A stretch of DNA of 64,000 nt from Aulosira sp. ZfuVER01 (GCA_034530615.2 JAVRCV020000052.1:192001-256000); one strand, 5' to 3'. Counted from the stretch's first letter, positions 29,578 to 40,412 are shown. A program made the numbers and translations. Notes: a model not told the origin generated them from the sequence alone.

Positions 29578-29617
29578 TAAAAATGTAAAATATGACGGTT
29601 GTATTCTGTGGCGGATT

Positions 29618-30913
29618 GTGATTGAGCGTTATACCTTGCCCGAAATGGGTAATCTTTGGAGTGAAGCCTATAAGCTAAAAACTTGGTTGCAAGTAGAAAT
29701 TGCTGTTTGTGAAGCACAGGCTGAACTAGGTTACATTCCGTCTGATGCGGTTGAAGAAATTAAAGCCAAGGCGAATTTCGATCCAAAGCGCGTACTAGAA
29801 ATTGAAGCTGAAGTCCGCCACGATGTCATCGCCTTTTTAACCAATGTCAATGAATATGTTGGTGACGCAGGACGCTATATTCACTTGGGTTTAACCAGTT
29901 CTGATGTGCTAGATACAGCTTTAGCATTGCAATTAGTAGCCAGTCTGGATGTATTGTTGCAACGCCTAGAAGATGTAATTCAGGCAATTCGCCAAAAGGC
30001 CAAAGAACATCGTTATACAGTCATGATTGGGCGTTCTCACGGCATTCATGCGGAACCAATCACCTTCGGATTTAAGCTGGCGGGTTGGCTTGCAGAGATG
30101 TTGCGACACCAAGAACGTTTGCAAACTCTCCGCAAAACAATTGCTGTGGGTAAGATTTCTGGTGCAGTGGGAACCTATGCCAATATTGAACCACGTGTAG
30201 AAGCGATCGCCTGCCAAAAACTCGGACTCAAACCTGATACCGCCTCAACACAAGTTATTTCCCGCGATATCCACGCCGATTACGTGCAGCAATTAGCTTT
30301 AGTAGCTGCATCTATTGAACGCTTTGCCGTAGAAATTCGCAATTTGCAAAAAACAGACGTTCTTGAAGTTGAAGAATTTTTTGCCAAAGGTCAAAAAGGT
30401 TCTTCAGCTATGCCCCACAAACGTAATCCCATCCGTTCCGAACGGCTGACGGGAATGGCAAGGCTAGTAAGGAGTCATGCTGGTGCAGCGTTAGAAGACA
30501 TCGCCTTGTGGCATGAGCGAGATATTTCTCACAGTTCTGTAGAACGGGTAATCTTGCCAGATGCTTGTATTTTAACCCACTTTATGTTGGTAGAAATCGC
30601 TGATTTGGTGACTAACCTGCTCGTTTATCCCGAAACTATGCAACGCAATCTCAACTGCTATGGCGGGGTAGTATTTAGCCAGAAAGTACTACTCGCTTTA
30701 GTAGAAAAGGGAACTAACCGTGAAGAAGCGTATGCGATCGTGCAAACAAATGCTCACGCCGCTTGGAACAAACCAGAAGGCAATTTCCACGACTTAATTA
30801 CTAAAGACCCTCGTGTTACCGAAAAGCTAACACCAGCAGAAATTGAGTTATGTTTTGACCCCCAACAACATCTGCGGCATTTAGAACAGGTTTATCAAAG
30901 GCTGGGAATTTAG
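29618..30913 (+). CDS. purB: Adenylosuccinate lyase
   Basis: GTG start MIERYTLPEM; HDVIAF, GRSHGIHAEP, GSSAMPHKRNP signature. Confidence 0.97.
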   Translation: MIERYTLPEMGNLWSEAYKLKTWLQVEIAVCEAQAELGYIPSDAVEEIKAKANFDPKRVLEIEAEVRHDVIAFLTNVNEYVGDAGRYIHLGLTSSDVLDTALALQLVASLDVLLQRLEDVIQAIRQKAKEHRYTVMIGRSHGIHAEPITFGFKLAGWLAEMLRHQERLQTLRKTIAVGKISGAVGTYANIEPRVEAIACQKLGLKPDTASTQVISRDIHADYVQQLALVAASIERFAVEIRNLQKTDVLEVEEFFAKGQKGSSAMPHKRNPIRSERLTGMARLVRSHAGAALEDIALWHERDISHSSVERVILPDACILTHFMLVEIADLVTNLLVYPETMQRNLNCYGGVVFSQKVLLALVEKGTNREEAYAIVQTNAHAAWNKPEGNFHDLITKDPRVTEKLTPAEIELCFDPQQHLRHLEQVYQRLGI

Positions 30914-30918
30914 AGTTG

Positions 30919-31000
30919 AGCATGGGGCATGGGGCATTGGGCATTGGTTATGTGTCTCCCTTGTCCCCCTGCTCCCTGCTCCCCTGCCTCCTTCCTTCCC
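30919..31000. repeat. STRR repeats
   Basis: (GCATGGG)n / GGCATTG and CCCTGCTC units. Confidence 0.75.
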
Positions 31001-31136
31001 CAAAACTTATTTCTTTGTTGTAAAATATTATATATATCATGTACTGAGAATATTTAATCTTCGACTGTCGATTAATTTCCGTAAAAAGTATTAATCGCAA
31101 CCATTGGCCTATTTTCGTAGCCCTGTGAGTGTTCTG

Positions 31137-31703
31137 ATGATTGACATACTAGCCACACTTTCCGCTTCTGCGGCAGCAGGAATCAGAATAGGTATACCCC
31201 TACTCATCATTGGATTGTTGCACGGAGGTCACTTGTGGTCAAAAGTCCCGATTTTGGCTCACATTTCGCCACCAGTGTTACTAGGATTCTTCAGTATTTG
31301 GTCTGTGGTTGAACTGGTTGCTTCAAAAAAACGACTGGGGCAGAGAGTGCTACAAATATTTGAGTTATTGTTGTCCCCCATTGTCGGAGCAATCATGGGG
31401 TTAACAGTATCTTCAACAACAATAGGGCCAAATTGGTTAATTGCGTTTATTGGGGGTTTGTTAGCTTTAGTATTCCAACTAGTACAAGTTGGTTGGTTTT
31501 ACCGCTTGCGTGGCTTACCATTGTGGGCAGTATTTCTGCAAGATTTTTTGTGCGTTGCTCTAGTACTATTTGCCTTTAATGCTCCCTGGCCGGGAGGATT
31601 AATTACTTTCGTCCTCCTCTGGTTTGCAATTCGTAGTGCGAAAGATTGGTATGACTGGTATTGGCAATACCGTCGTCGTCAGTTCACAGCCAGAGATGAA
31701 TAG
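31137..31703 (+). CDS. DUF4126 membrane protein
   Basis: ILATLSASAAAGIRIGIPLL, ELVASKK, QLVQVGWFYRLRG; ATG at 31137. Confidence 0.75.
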   Translation: MIDILATLSASAAAGIRIGIPLLIIGLLHGGHLWSKVPILAHISPPVLLGFFSIWSVVELVASKKRLGQRVLQIFELLLSPIVGAIMGLTVSSTTIGPNWLIAFIGGLLALVFQLVQVGWFYRLRGLPLWAVFLQDFLCVALVLFAFNAPWPGGLITFVLLWFAIRSAKDWYDWYWQYRRRQFTARDE

Positions 31704-31824
31704 TCAAGAGTCAAGGGTCATTCTTCTTTCTCTTCCTTGTCCCCGCGTTTCCACGTCCGTCTATCCTCGGTCAATGGTTTTAACTTTGGACTATTGACTT
31801 TAGACTCTTGACCTAGTGTGGCAT

Positions 31825-32988
31825 TTATAATAAGCCGATCATGTGCAACAGTCCCCGTCCAGTAACTAGCTCGATGATGAGGGCAATAAAGCCAAGCATA
31901 GCAATCCGACCATTCCAGACTTCGGCGCTAGTTGTAATACCCCATTCCCAACGCTCTTGGGGATACATTTTGACCTTTTTCTTCATCTGTGCGGCTTGTG
32001 AAAGTTTGAAACTAGGTTGTTTCAGCGCATCAATCACTAAGTCTGCCAATGCTCTAATGAATACTGGATGGGTATTGGGAGCAGGTACACGCCGGAAGTT
32101 ATGAATTCCTGCTTCCTCGGCTATTTCCCGATACTCAATATCAATTTCTTGCAGCGTCTCAATGTGTTCTGATACAAAACTGATAGGTACGACGACCAAA
32201 TCTTTAACGCCTTTAGCCCCTAATTCTTTTAACGCATCCTCAGTGTAAGGTTGCAACCACTCTACAGGGCCTACACGACTTTGATAAGCTAACGTGTGAG
32301 TATTGGGACGATTAAGGGTACGCATAATCAGAACCGTACATTCCTCAATTTCTTGCTGGTAAGGGTCGCCTGCTTCTTCTACATAGCTTTTTGGTACGCC
32401 ATGAGCGCTGAAGAAGATATGAACTTCATCGGGATTAGGAAATTGATCGAGTTCTTGGGCGATGAGTTCTGCCATTGCTTGCAGATAGCTCGACTGTTTA
32501 TACCAAGAGGGAATGACAGTGTAGTCAAGAGGTTGAAGTTTGGGGTTTTCTTGCCAGAGTTTTTCTAAAAGGCGGAAACTGGAGCCACTGGTACTGATAG
32601 AAAATTGGGGGTATAGGGGTAAGATTACCAAGCGTTCGATGTTATCTTGAGCAAGGAGAGCGATCGCTTCTTCGGTATAGGGATGCCAGTATCGCATTCC
32701 CACATAAATATTAGCTTCTTGCCCCAAATCGCGCAGCTGCTCCTTGAGAGCGTCACCTTGCGCTTCTGTAATGCGTCGCAGTGGAGAACCGCCTCCGATT
32801 TGCTTGTAGTTTTCTTGGGATGTTTTAGTGCGCCGTGAAGCAATGAACCAAGCTAAGGGTTTTTGCAGCCAACGAAATGGTAGGCGAATAATTTCTGGAT
32901 CGGAAAACAGGTTAAATAAAAACGGCCCAACGTCTTCCAGCTTATCGGGACCACCGAGATTGAGTAATAATACGCCTACACGACCCAT
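31825..32988 (-). CDS. hemH: Ferrochelatase with C-terminal CAB domain
   Basis: [44 protein letters not shown]. Confidence 0.97.
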   Translation of the reverse strand: MGRVGVLLLNLGGPDKLEDVGPFLFNLFSDPEIIRLPFRWLQKPLAWFIASRRTKTSQENYKQIGGGSPLRRITEAQGDALKEQLRDLGQEANIYVGMRYWHPYTEEAIALLAQDNIERLVILPLYPQFSISTSGSSFRLLEKLWQENPKLQPLDYTVIPSWYKQSSYLQAMAELIAQELDQFPNPDEVHIFFSAHGVPKSYVEEAGDPYQQEIEECTVLIMRTLNRPNTHTLAYQSRVGPVEWLQPYTEDALKELGAKGVKDLVVVPISFVSEHIETLQEIDIEYREIAEEAGIHNFRRVPAPNTHPVFIRALADLVIDALKQPSFKLSQAAQMKKKVKMYPQERWEWGITTSAEVWNGRIAMLGFIALIIELVTGRGLLHMIGLL

Positions 32989-33082
32989 AGCAGTTACTTT
33001 CCCCTAACCCTTTCAGTTTTTTTTACTATTGTTAACAATATATCTTTATTAAATATAAAGGTTAACAGGACAGAAAGTTGTC

Positions 33083-33721
33083 ATGGCAACAATTTTAAGA
33101 GACTGGAGCTATCGTTATCAGTGGCTATATGACGGCATATCAGGTTTAGCGGCATTAAGTGTAGGTGGTGAAACTCGGTTTCGGCAACTAGCTTTGCAAG
33201 GTTTAACAATCAACTCAGACACTAAAATTTTAGATTTATGTTGTGGCAGCGGTCAGGCAACACAATTTTTGGTGAAATATTCACAAAATGTAACAGGATT
33301 GGATGCCTCTCCCTTATCTTTGAAACGGGCGAAGCAGAATGTACCTAGCGCCTCCTACTTGGAAGCGTTTGCAGAAAATATGCCCTTTTCTGATTGTGAG
33401 TTTGATGTTGTGCATACCAGTGCGGCATTACACGAGATGGAACCTGAGCAATTGCGAAAAATAATTAATGAAGTTTATCGAGTTCTGAAACCAGGGGGTG
33501 TGTTCACGCTAGTGGATTTTCACGCTCCCACAAATCCTATATTTTGGCCTGGGGTGTCACTATTTCTGTTGTTGTTTGAGACAGAAACAGCTTGGCAATT
33601 ACTCAAGACTGATTTACCAGGGTTGTTGGCAGAAATAGGGTTTGAAGTTAGCGAACCTAAATTATATGCAGGTGGAAGTTTACAGGTGATTCAGGCAAAG
33701 AAATCAAAGATAAGTGGTTAA
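33083..33721 (+). CDS. Class I SAM-dependent methyltransferase (UbiE-like)
   Basis: ILDLCCGSG motif I; LHEM; RVLKPGG. Confidence 0.9.
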   Translation: MATILRDWSYRYQWLYDGISGLAALSVGGETRFRQLALQGLTINSDTKILDLCCGSGQATQFLVKYSQNVTGLDASPLSLKRAKQNVPSASYLEAFAENMPFSDCEFDVVHTSAALHEMEPEQLRKIINEVYRVLKPGGVFTLVDFHAPTNPIFWPGVSLFLLLFETETAWQLLKTDLPGLLAEIGFEVSEPKLYAGGSLQVIQAKKSKISG

Positions 33722-33813
33722 GCAAAATTAAAGTTACGGGTGAAGGCAGGGAACAGGCAACAGCAAGGAGAATGTGTAATTAATATTGAGCTTTAATAGC
33801 TTCTAAGTTTTAA

Positions 33814-34680
33814 TCATCGCAAAATTTGCTCAATCATCCGGTTCGCCTGAGAACCATAACCGCCGCCAAATAAATTGAAGTGATTGAGAATGTGATACAG
33901 GTTATAGAGCGTTTTTCTCTGCTCATAACCTGCATCTAAAGGAAATACTTCGTTATAACCTTGATAAAAAGCTGCTGGGAAACCACCAAATAATTCTGTC
34001 ATAGCGATATCAACTTCGTGATCGCCAAAATAAGTTGCAGGATCGAAAATCACTGGTTCTCCTGAAACAGTACACCCAGCATTACCTCCCCATAAATCGC
34101 CGTGTACCAAGGAAGGTTCCACCTGATAATCTGCCAATAATTCTGGAATCGCAGCTAATAACTTGTCTTGCTTGGGAAAATTACCCCCCCGTCGCCTAGC
34201 TAACTGAAATTGATAACCCAAGCGATGTTTCGCATAAAATTCTGCCCAGTCTGCTGTCCAAGTATTGATTTGAGGCGTAGAACCAATAGTATTGTTAATT
34301 TTCCAACCAAAACCTTGACTGCTAGTCGCTTTATGCATCACTGCTAGCTTCCGCCCCATCTCTGACCAAGATTTGCTGTTACCTCCTCCCATTTCCAGCC
34401 ATTCCAACACGATGTAGCCAGAATTTCCCGCTGTACCCCAGCACAAGGGTTGAGGAACGCGAATACTAGCTGTAATTAGCATTTCCTCCAACCCCAGCGC
34501 TTCAGCCTCAAACATAGCCATTTGAGATGCTTGATTCAGCTTGACAAAGTAAGTGCGTTGATTATCAGAGACAGCATAGCCTTGGTTAATACACCCACCA
34601 CTCACAGAACGCCTTTGCTGACTCTGAAATTTTTCACCAATCACTTCGCTAATATGGGCATCGATTTCTGTCCACATCAT
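33814..34680 (-). CDS. Fructosamine kinase family protein
   Basis: VSGGCIN, FEAEALGL, PSLVHGDLWGGN, FDPATY. Confidence 0.92.
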   Translation of the reverse strand: MMWTEIDAHISEVIGEKFQSQQRRSVSGGCINQGYAVSDNQRTYFVKLNQASQMAMFEAEALGLEEMLITASIRVPQPLCWGTAGNSGYIVLEWLEMGGGNSKSWSEMGRKLAVMHKATSSQGFGWKINNTIGSTPQINTWTADWAEFYAKHRLGYQFQLARRRGGNFPKQDKLLAAIPELLADYQVEPSLVHGDLWGGNAGCTVSGEPVIFDPATYFGDHEVDIAMTELFGGFPAAFYQGYNEVFPLDAGYEQRKTLYNLYHILNHFNLFGGGYGSQANRMIEQILR

Positions 34681-34822
34681 GCAATTTGTCCTCGCTTACA
34701 AAGTTCTGTTCGTCGGCGACGTTGGCGAAGCCATCGCCGGAAGCCGGCGCTCCGACTTTGTGCTTTGTCATTTGTCCTTTGTTATTTATCTCATGACCAA
34801 TGACCAATGACTATTGACAAAT

Positions 34823-34866
34823 GCGCCAGTTCGCTCAAATCGGGAAACCCGCCCATGCGACTGGCT
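34823..34866 (-). mobile_element. 44-nt structured small dispersed repeat (variant)
   Basis: Reverse complement AGCCAGTCGCATGGGCGGGTTTCCCGATTTGAGCGAACTGGCGC among ATGACCA/ATGCCCA STRRs. Confidence 0.7.
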
Positions 34867-34896
34867 ACCCAATTGCCCATACCCCATGCCCAAATA

Positions 34897-36177
34897 CTAA
34901 GCTGGTTTGAGGACAACTACACCATAAGCATCAGGAGAAAGATATTGTTGTGCGGCTTGCATCAAGTCTCTAGCTTCCTGGGCTTGGATATTAGCAGGAT
35001 AGTTAAAGGCTGGTTCTAAATCTCCTAGCATGGACTGATAGTAACCATACAAGCCAGCGCGATCGCTTGGTGTTTCATTGGCGAAAATAAATCTGTTGGC
35101 TACTCGTCGCCGCACGCGAGCAATTTCCGATTCTTTAACCAACTCTGTTTGTAACATCCGGATATGTTGAGCGATCGCTTCTTCTACCGCCTGTAAATTT
35201 TCTACTGCACACTTAGCCGAAATATAAAACGTCCCTTGCAGTTGGTTACTCATATTACTCACAGCAATCGAAGATACCAGACTCCTTTCTTCCCGCAAAT
35301 CCTGCACCAGCCTTGATGTCCGTCCGTGTCCCAAAATTCCTGCTAAAACATCTAGTGCGTAAGTCTGCTCAATATACCGCAACCCAGGAACCCGCCAAAC
35401 CATTACTAGTCGTGCTTGCTGGAGAGCTTCATCAATGAATTCTTGACGGACAATTTCTGTAAACACAGCTTCAGGATGAAGTACTGGTTCTACCCCAATT
35501 TCAGAGTCTTTGCTGTGAGTAGCTTGATTAATTCCTTCCGCCACAATTTCAATTAATTCTTCTGTGGGTAAATTACCTACAGCCACAGCCGTAATTGATT
35601 GAGGTTGATAAAAAGCTGCGTGGAAATTTCGCATCTGCTGGGGTTGGAGTTGGGAAATCACTGATTCCGGCCCCAATACCGGACGGCGATAGGGTAAGCG
35701 CTCAAAAGCCATTTCCATTGACCGCCGAAAAGTCCGACGCTGAGGATTATCTTCTGAACGCCTAATTTCTTCTAGCACTACAAAGCGTTCCCGTTCAAAA
35801 GCATCATCCTCAATACTGGGATTAAATACTACATCTATTTGTAGCGGAGCCAGATCGGCAAAATCCTTGGGAGCAGTAGTTATATAGTAGTGAGTGTAAT
35901 CTTGGCTTGTAGCAGCATTAGTAATGGCTCCACGCTCTTCAATTCGACGTTCAAATTCGCCACTAGCTAGGCGTTCTGTTCCCTTAAAAATCATATGCTC
36001 TAAAAAGTGAGCAATGCCGTTTATGGTATCCGATTCTACCGCCGAGCCAACCTTAACCCACAAACTCAGGTTAACAGCGTCAATCGGCATTTGCTCTACT
36101 ACTATTGTCAAACCGTTGGGTAACTGGTGCAGCTTTGGAGCATTCAGACGAGGAAATTTTACCAGGGTTGAGGTCAT
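34897..36177 (-). CDS. M16 family Zn peptidase
   Basis: HFLEH inverted zincin motif, NAATSQDYT, EEIRR. Confidence 0.92.
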   Translation of the reverse strand: MTSTLVKFPRLNAPKLHQLPNGLTIVVEQMPIDAVNLSLWVKVGSAVESDTINGIAHFLEHMIFKGTERLASGEFERRIEERGAITNAATSQDYTHYYITTAPKDFADLAPLQIDVVFNPSIEDDAFERERFVVLEEIRRSEDNPQRRTFRRSMEMAFERLPYRRPVLGPESVISQLQPQQMRNFHAAFYQPQSITAVAVGNLPTEELIEIVAEGINQATHSKDSEIGVEPVLHPEAVFTEIVRQEFIDEALQQARLVMVWRVPGLRYIEQTYALDVLAGILGHGRTSRLVQDLREERSLVSSIAVSNMSNQLQGTFYISAKCAVENLQAVEEAIAQHIRMLQTELVKESEIARVRRRVANRFIFANETPSDRAGLYGYYQSMLGDLEPAFNYPANIQAQEARDLMQAAQQYLSPDAYGVVVLKPA

Positions 36178-36282
36178 TGGTAGTTGTGAGTGGTGAGGTG
36201 AAAAGCTTGCTTACTCCTTTATCTTATCTACGACTGAAAACAACTAACGTAATGACTTCAATCTGAGAATTTGCTGAGTTGA

Positions 36283-36298
36283 TGTAGAAACAGTTACA
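36283..36298. promoter_or_regulatory. Candidate NtcA binding site between the divergent M16 peptidase and crtD
   Basis: TGTA-GAAACAGT-TACA (GTA-N8-TAC); no correctly spaced -10 found. Confidence 0.35.
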
Positions 36299-36416
36299 TA
36301 AATTTCTGGTTTACTTACTTTCTTGGTGGATGAACTGTTTGAGGATGCATTTATGAAGCTCTCCGCCGCTGTAAAATTATGAGTAGCAATATTAAGAATT
36401 ATAAAAACAAATATCA

Positions 36417-37928
36417 ATGTCTAAGTTTTCGCTTGACAAAAAAGCACCCCGTATAGTTGTCATTGGTGCGGGAATCGGTGGGTTGACTGCTGGAGCATTA
36501 TTAGCTCATAGAGGTTACAGCGTCTTAATCGTGGATCAAGCCCTTGTACCTGGAGGTTGTGCTTCCACTTTTAAACGCAAAGGATTTACCTTTGATGTCG
36601 GAGCAACCCAAGTCGCCGGGTTGGAAGCAGGGGGTATTCATCACCGGATTTTCTCAGAATTGGAAATAGATCTTCCGGAGGCGACTCCATGCGATCCAGC
36701 TTGTGCAGTTTACCTCCCTGGCGAATCAACCCCAATTAACGTCTGGCGCGACCCAGAAAAATGGCGGGAAGAACGTCAACGACAGTTTCCAGGTAGCGAA
36801 CCGTTTTGGCAGTTGTTGGCGACTTTGTTTCAAGCTAGCTGGGAATTTCAAGGACGCGATCCGGTGCTACCGCCACGCAGTTTATGGGATTTGTGGCAGC
36901 TAACTCAGGCAGTACGTCCGAGTACATTAATTACTGTCCCGTTTACCTTGTTTACCGTAGGCGATGCTTTACGCTTATATGGATTAGGTAACGATCGCCG
37001 TTTGCGGACTTTTTTAGATTTACAACTCAAGCTGTATTCCCAAGTCAATGCAGAAGAAACAGCTTTACTATATGCTGCCACTGCCTTAAGCGTATCTCAG
37101 CTACCCCAAGGATTATTTCACCTCCAAGGTAGTATGCAAGTATTAAGCGATCGCCTGGTAAAATCCTTAGAAAGAGATGGTGGCAAATTATTGATGCGCC
37201 ACACTGTCGAAAAAATCACAGTAGAAAATGATCGAGCCACATCTGTAACGATTCGCAATCGGCAAAGCGGCGAAGTCTGGACAGAAACAGCCGACCATAT
37301 AGTTGCAAATGTTACTGTCCAAAATCTCGTGCAACTATTGGGCGAACAGGCTCCATCTGGCTATAAACAGCGCGTGGAAAAATTACCCCCAGCATCAGGG
37401 GCGTTTGTTGTATACCTGGGAGTAGATGCAAGTGCCATCCCCTCTGGATGTCCGCCCCATCTGCAATTTTTATACGATTCGGATGGGCCAATTGGAGAAA
37501 ACAATTCCCTATTTGTCTCTGTCAGCCATCCCGGAGATGGTCGCGCACCGGATGGTAAAGCCACAATTATCGCTTCTTCCTTTGTAGATACACGGATGTG
37601 GTGGCGGACTGAGAATTATGCAGAACTGAAGCAGAAGTATACTGAAGAAGCGATCGCCCGCCTAGGGCAATACTTCTACCTCAAACCAGAAACGATAATA
37701 CACCAAGAAGCAGCCACACCTCGAACTTTTGCGCATTACACAGCACGTGATCGCGGTATAGTTGGTGGCATAGGTCAACGCATCCCCACCTTTGGCCCCT
37801 TTGGTTTTGCCAATCGTACACCCATCAACCATCTTTGGTTAGTTGGCGACTCCACCCACCCAGGTGAAGGGACGGCTGGGGTGAGTTACTCGGCACTGAC
37901 TGTTGTTAGACAGATAGTCAGTGCATGA
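36417..37928 (+). CDS. crtD: Carotenoid C-3',4' desaturase (myxoxanthophyll pathway)
   Basis: IGAGIGGL, GGCASTFKR.GFTFDVGATQVAGLE.GGIH, GDSTHPGEGTAGVSYSA. Confidence 0.88.
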   Translation: MSKFSLDKKAPRIVVIGAGIGGLTAGALLAHRGYSVLIVDQALVPGGCASTFKRKGFTFDVGATQVAGLEAGGIHHRIFSELEIDLPEATPCDPACAVYLPGESTPINVWRDPEKWREERQRQFPGSEPFWQLLATLFQASWEFQGRDPVLPPRSLWDLWQLTQAVRPSTLITVPFTLFTVGDALRLYGLGNDRRLRTFLDLQLKLYSQVNAEETALLYAATALSVSQLPQGLFHLQGSMQVLSDRLVKSLERDGGKLLMRHTVEKITVENDRATSVTIRNRQSGEVWTETADHIVANVTVQNLVQLLGEQAPSGYKQRVEKLPPASGAFVVYLGVDASAIPSGCPPHLQFLYDSDGPIGENNSLFVSVSHPGDGRAPDGKATIIASSFVDTRMWWRTENYAELKQKYTEEAIARLGQYFYLKPETIIHQEAATPRTFAHYTARDRGIVGGIGQRIPTFGPFGFANRTPINHLWLVGDSTHPGEGTAGVSYSALTVVRQIVSA

Positions 37929-37969
37929 GTCAACAGTCAAGGGTCGAGGGTCATTAGTACGTTGTCTCC

Positions 37970-38168
37970 CCTTCGGGTACTCTACCCTACGCTGCGGCAA
38001 CCCTCTTCTCCTGCGGAGACGCTAACGCGAACGAGGGAAAGGGAACGCTTTCAGCGAAAGAGTTCTCCTTTGGAGTACGCACTCACCTGCGGAGGAGCCA
38101 CTGCGTTGGGCGGCTTTGCCGACTTGAAGCAAGTGGCGTTGGAAACCCTCCTGCAGCGCTGTTTCACC
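37970..38168. mobile_element. Nested stack of GC-rich small dispersed repeats inside a CCTTGTC STRR tract
   Basis: 44-nt element at 38096-38139 splits a CCTGCGGAGG...CCTCCTGCAG hairpin; further hairpins such as TCTCCTGCGGAGACGCTAACGCGAACG lie alongside. Confidence 0.7.
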
Positions 38169-38222
38169 TTGTCTCTCTTGTCCTCCTTGTCCCCTCTTCT
38201 CCGCTAGCTATAACATTCCAAA

Positions 38223-40259
38223 TTACAATCCCGTTGTTGTCGGTGTCGTCGGGGATGGTTCAGGCGCAGGCTGAGGTTCTGGATTCAGAAATTGCCGCCA
38301 AGTTCTAATTTGCTCTTGTGCCGCACTGTAAGCAGAACTACCTCTAGGAACCAATTTGGCAGTTTCAATGCCCTTGTAAATATCAGACTGTCCCTGAGAA
38401 CGGGCGATATCTAACAATTGCTGACTCCATTGGTCAATAGCGATATTAGCATCCATCCGTAAGATGTTACGTCTGGGAACTTGTTGAGCTAGTTGTATGG
38501 CGTTTACCAAAGCTTCTGGTGTGCCAGCTAATGCCGCATCCCGAGCTTTTTGCCAGTTTTCTTTGGCGCGGATTTGCCCTCGCCAATCGTTTATCGCCTC
38601 TTGTGCTTCCCCAGAAAGTGCCCGTCCTGATGAGGCAATTTGTTCGGCAGCGCTAATAGCAGCAGGTAAATTTCCACTCTGAGCCAAGTCTCTTGCTTGA
38701 TCCAAATAAGGCTGGTCCTGAATTCGCTGAATCTTTGCTGTCCAATTCCGGATTTTTCTGCGTGCTTCTGGATACAAAGCTCGACCATTCCGGATTTGGC
38801 CGGCTTCCGATATCGCAGCTTGCAAGGAGGTAACATCTTCCAGCAATGCTATTTGCTCGGCTCGATCCAAGAAAGGTCGGTCTTGAATTGTTTCTACTTG
38901 GGCTTGCCAGCGTCCCGCCTCTTGTCTGGCTTCGCTAGCGCGGGGGTTACTACTGGGAATCAGCTGTGTCTGGGCGATCGCTGCTGTCAAATCGCTAATT
39001 GTTCCTTGGCTAGCCAATGTTCGCGCTTTTTCTAGGCGGGCAACATCTTCAATTTCCAACTGCCATCGCGCAATCAATTGTTGTGCTTTGTTATACACAG
39101 CCCTGGAAGGATCGATTTGTTGTGCCTGAGAAATGGCTGTCTGTAACCCGGAAATATTCCCAATCCAAGCACTTCTTTGCGCCTCAGCCAAACTAATAAA
39201 GTCTTCAACTTGTGTTTGCAGCCCAGTATTTTCGGGAATTTGTCTAGCAATATCTAAAGCTGTATCTGCATCTCGTTTATCTAGGTTTTTCTGCGCCAAA
39301 TCCAACATCTTACGTCCAAATGCCGGAATTGACTCTTGAGCTTTCTGATAAACGTAACTACTCTGATTAATTGATTCAGCGATTTTTATAGCTTCGAGTA
39401 GCTGATCGGGTACGCCACTCTTAGCTAAACTCTCAGCTTTTGCTAATTTTTCACCATCTTCCCGCGCTGTAGCAATTAGCTGATTTAATTGATCGTACTT
39501 AGTAGTTGACCAGTATTTATTGTCCAGACGTAACAATTTAGCAGATAGCATAAAAGCTGATTGCCAGTGCCTTTCCCGCAATTCTGCTTCTGCTTCCCGA
39601 TAAATCTCTTCTCCTCTAGACCAGATCGACTGCCATTTAGTAATTTTTTCTTCTACTAATTTATACGCAGATAAATCGTCAGGTATCTTACGTGCAGTTG
39701 CGATCGCCTCATCTAAATTTCCGGCTTGAAAACTTTGATCGGCTAGTTGCAAAATATCCTCTGACCACCGTTCTATGAAGCGATCGGCTTCTGTGCGCAA
39801 TGGGTGGTTTTTGGGCAATTGCTTCACTAACCCAATTGCTTGCAGTAAGTCGGTTACGGTTTGTTTAGAAGCTGCTAACTGAGCGCAGTGTAGCCGTACC
39901 GACTCACTAGCTAAAGGCCAGAAAATTTTCGGGCAGTTAGGAGCTGCTGGCAATTTTAGTAACATAGCCACAGCCAGGAAACCAACTCCACCGGGAATTA
40001 AGGTTAACATTAATAACCAAAACACCCAGTTTTGCATCCAGCGGGGCAATTTACTGAAAATATAATTGGGTGAAACAGTTTTTTCTGACTGATTATTTAA
40101 AGGAAATCCTTCGGAATTATTATCTGTTTGCCGCTTCACTGACTTAGAGTTAGAACCAGTAGTTTCACTGAATTGTGTTGTTTCGGATAATCTCTTTATC
40201 TCATCCGGATCTCTGGATCTGCCTCGGGACCAACTGTCTGTAATATCCCGCTCTGTCAT
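38223..40259 (-). CDS. Membrane-anchored alpha-helical repeat protein (conserved cyanobacterial hypothetical)
   Basis: One TM helix, PNCP..FWP...RLHCAQ, then repeated A..AI..A..IP...A......W units; no Walker A motif. Confidence 0.75.
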   Translation of the reverse strand: MTERDITDSWSRGRSRDPDEIKRLSETTQFSETTGSNSKSVKRQTDNNSEGFPLNNQSEKTVSPNYIFSKLPRWMQNWVFWLLMLTLIPGGVGFLAVAMLLKLPAAPNCPKIFWPLASESVRLHCAQLAASKQTVTDLLQAIGLVKQLPKNHPLRTEADRFIERWSEDILQLADQSFQAGNLDEAIATARKIPDDLSAYKLVEEKITKWQSIWSRGEEIYREAEAELRERHWQSAFMLSAKLLRLDNKYWSTTKYDQLNQLIATAREDGEKLAKAESLAKSGVPDQLLEAIKIAESINQSSYVYQKAQESIPAFGRKMLDLAQKNLDKRDADTALDIARQIPENTGLQTQVEDFISLAEAQRSAWIGNISGLQTAISQAQQIDPSRAVYNKAQQLIARWQLEIEDVARLEKARTLASQGTISDLTAAIAQTQLIPSSNPRASEARQEAGRWQAQVETIQDRPFLDRAEQIALLEDVTSLQAAISEAGQIRNGRALYPEARRKIRNWTAKIQRIQDQPYLDQARDLAQSGNLPAAISAAEQIASSGRALSGEAQEAINDWRGQIRAKENWQKARDAALAGTPEALVNAIQLAQQVPRRNILRMDANIAIDQWSQQLLDIARSQGQSDIYKGIETAKLVPRGSSAYSAAQEQIRTWRQFLNPEPQPAPEPSPTTPTTTGL

Positions 40260-40412
40260 CTCTCACACCAAAATAATTGAATAGCGATCTGTTGTAGATC
40301 GATAATTCCATAGTTGCCATAGTAACTTTCTCATAATCAAAAAGCTACTTTTCTTACGATCTCTCTCCACAGATACCATTAACAATTGCAAAAACTAGTG
40401 CGCTTTTATACC

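Noticed and set aside
29504..29617. N-terminal extensions given by the ORF track for purB (also rpsT, rpoB, hslO, usp, hlyD copy 2)
   Set aside because: Family similarity begins at downstream GTG/ATG starts; the purB extension overlaps the neighbouring gene.
37962..38207. 81-aa ORF in the track
   Set aside because: Made entirely of nested repeats and STRRs; the ORFs at 24013-24294, 22351-22533 and 34807-35019 are likewise largely repeat-derived or overlap real genes.
38223..40259. Chromosome segregation ATPase label often attached to this kind of protein
   Set aside because: No Walker A/B motifs; it is a TM-anchored helical repeat protein.
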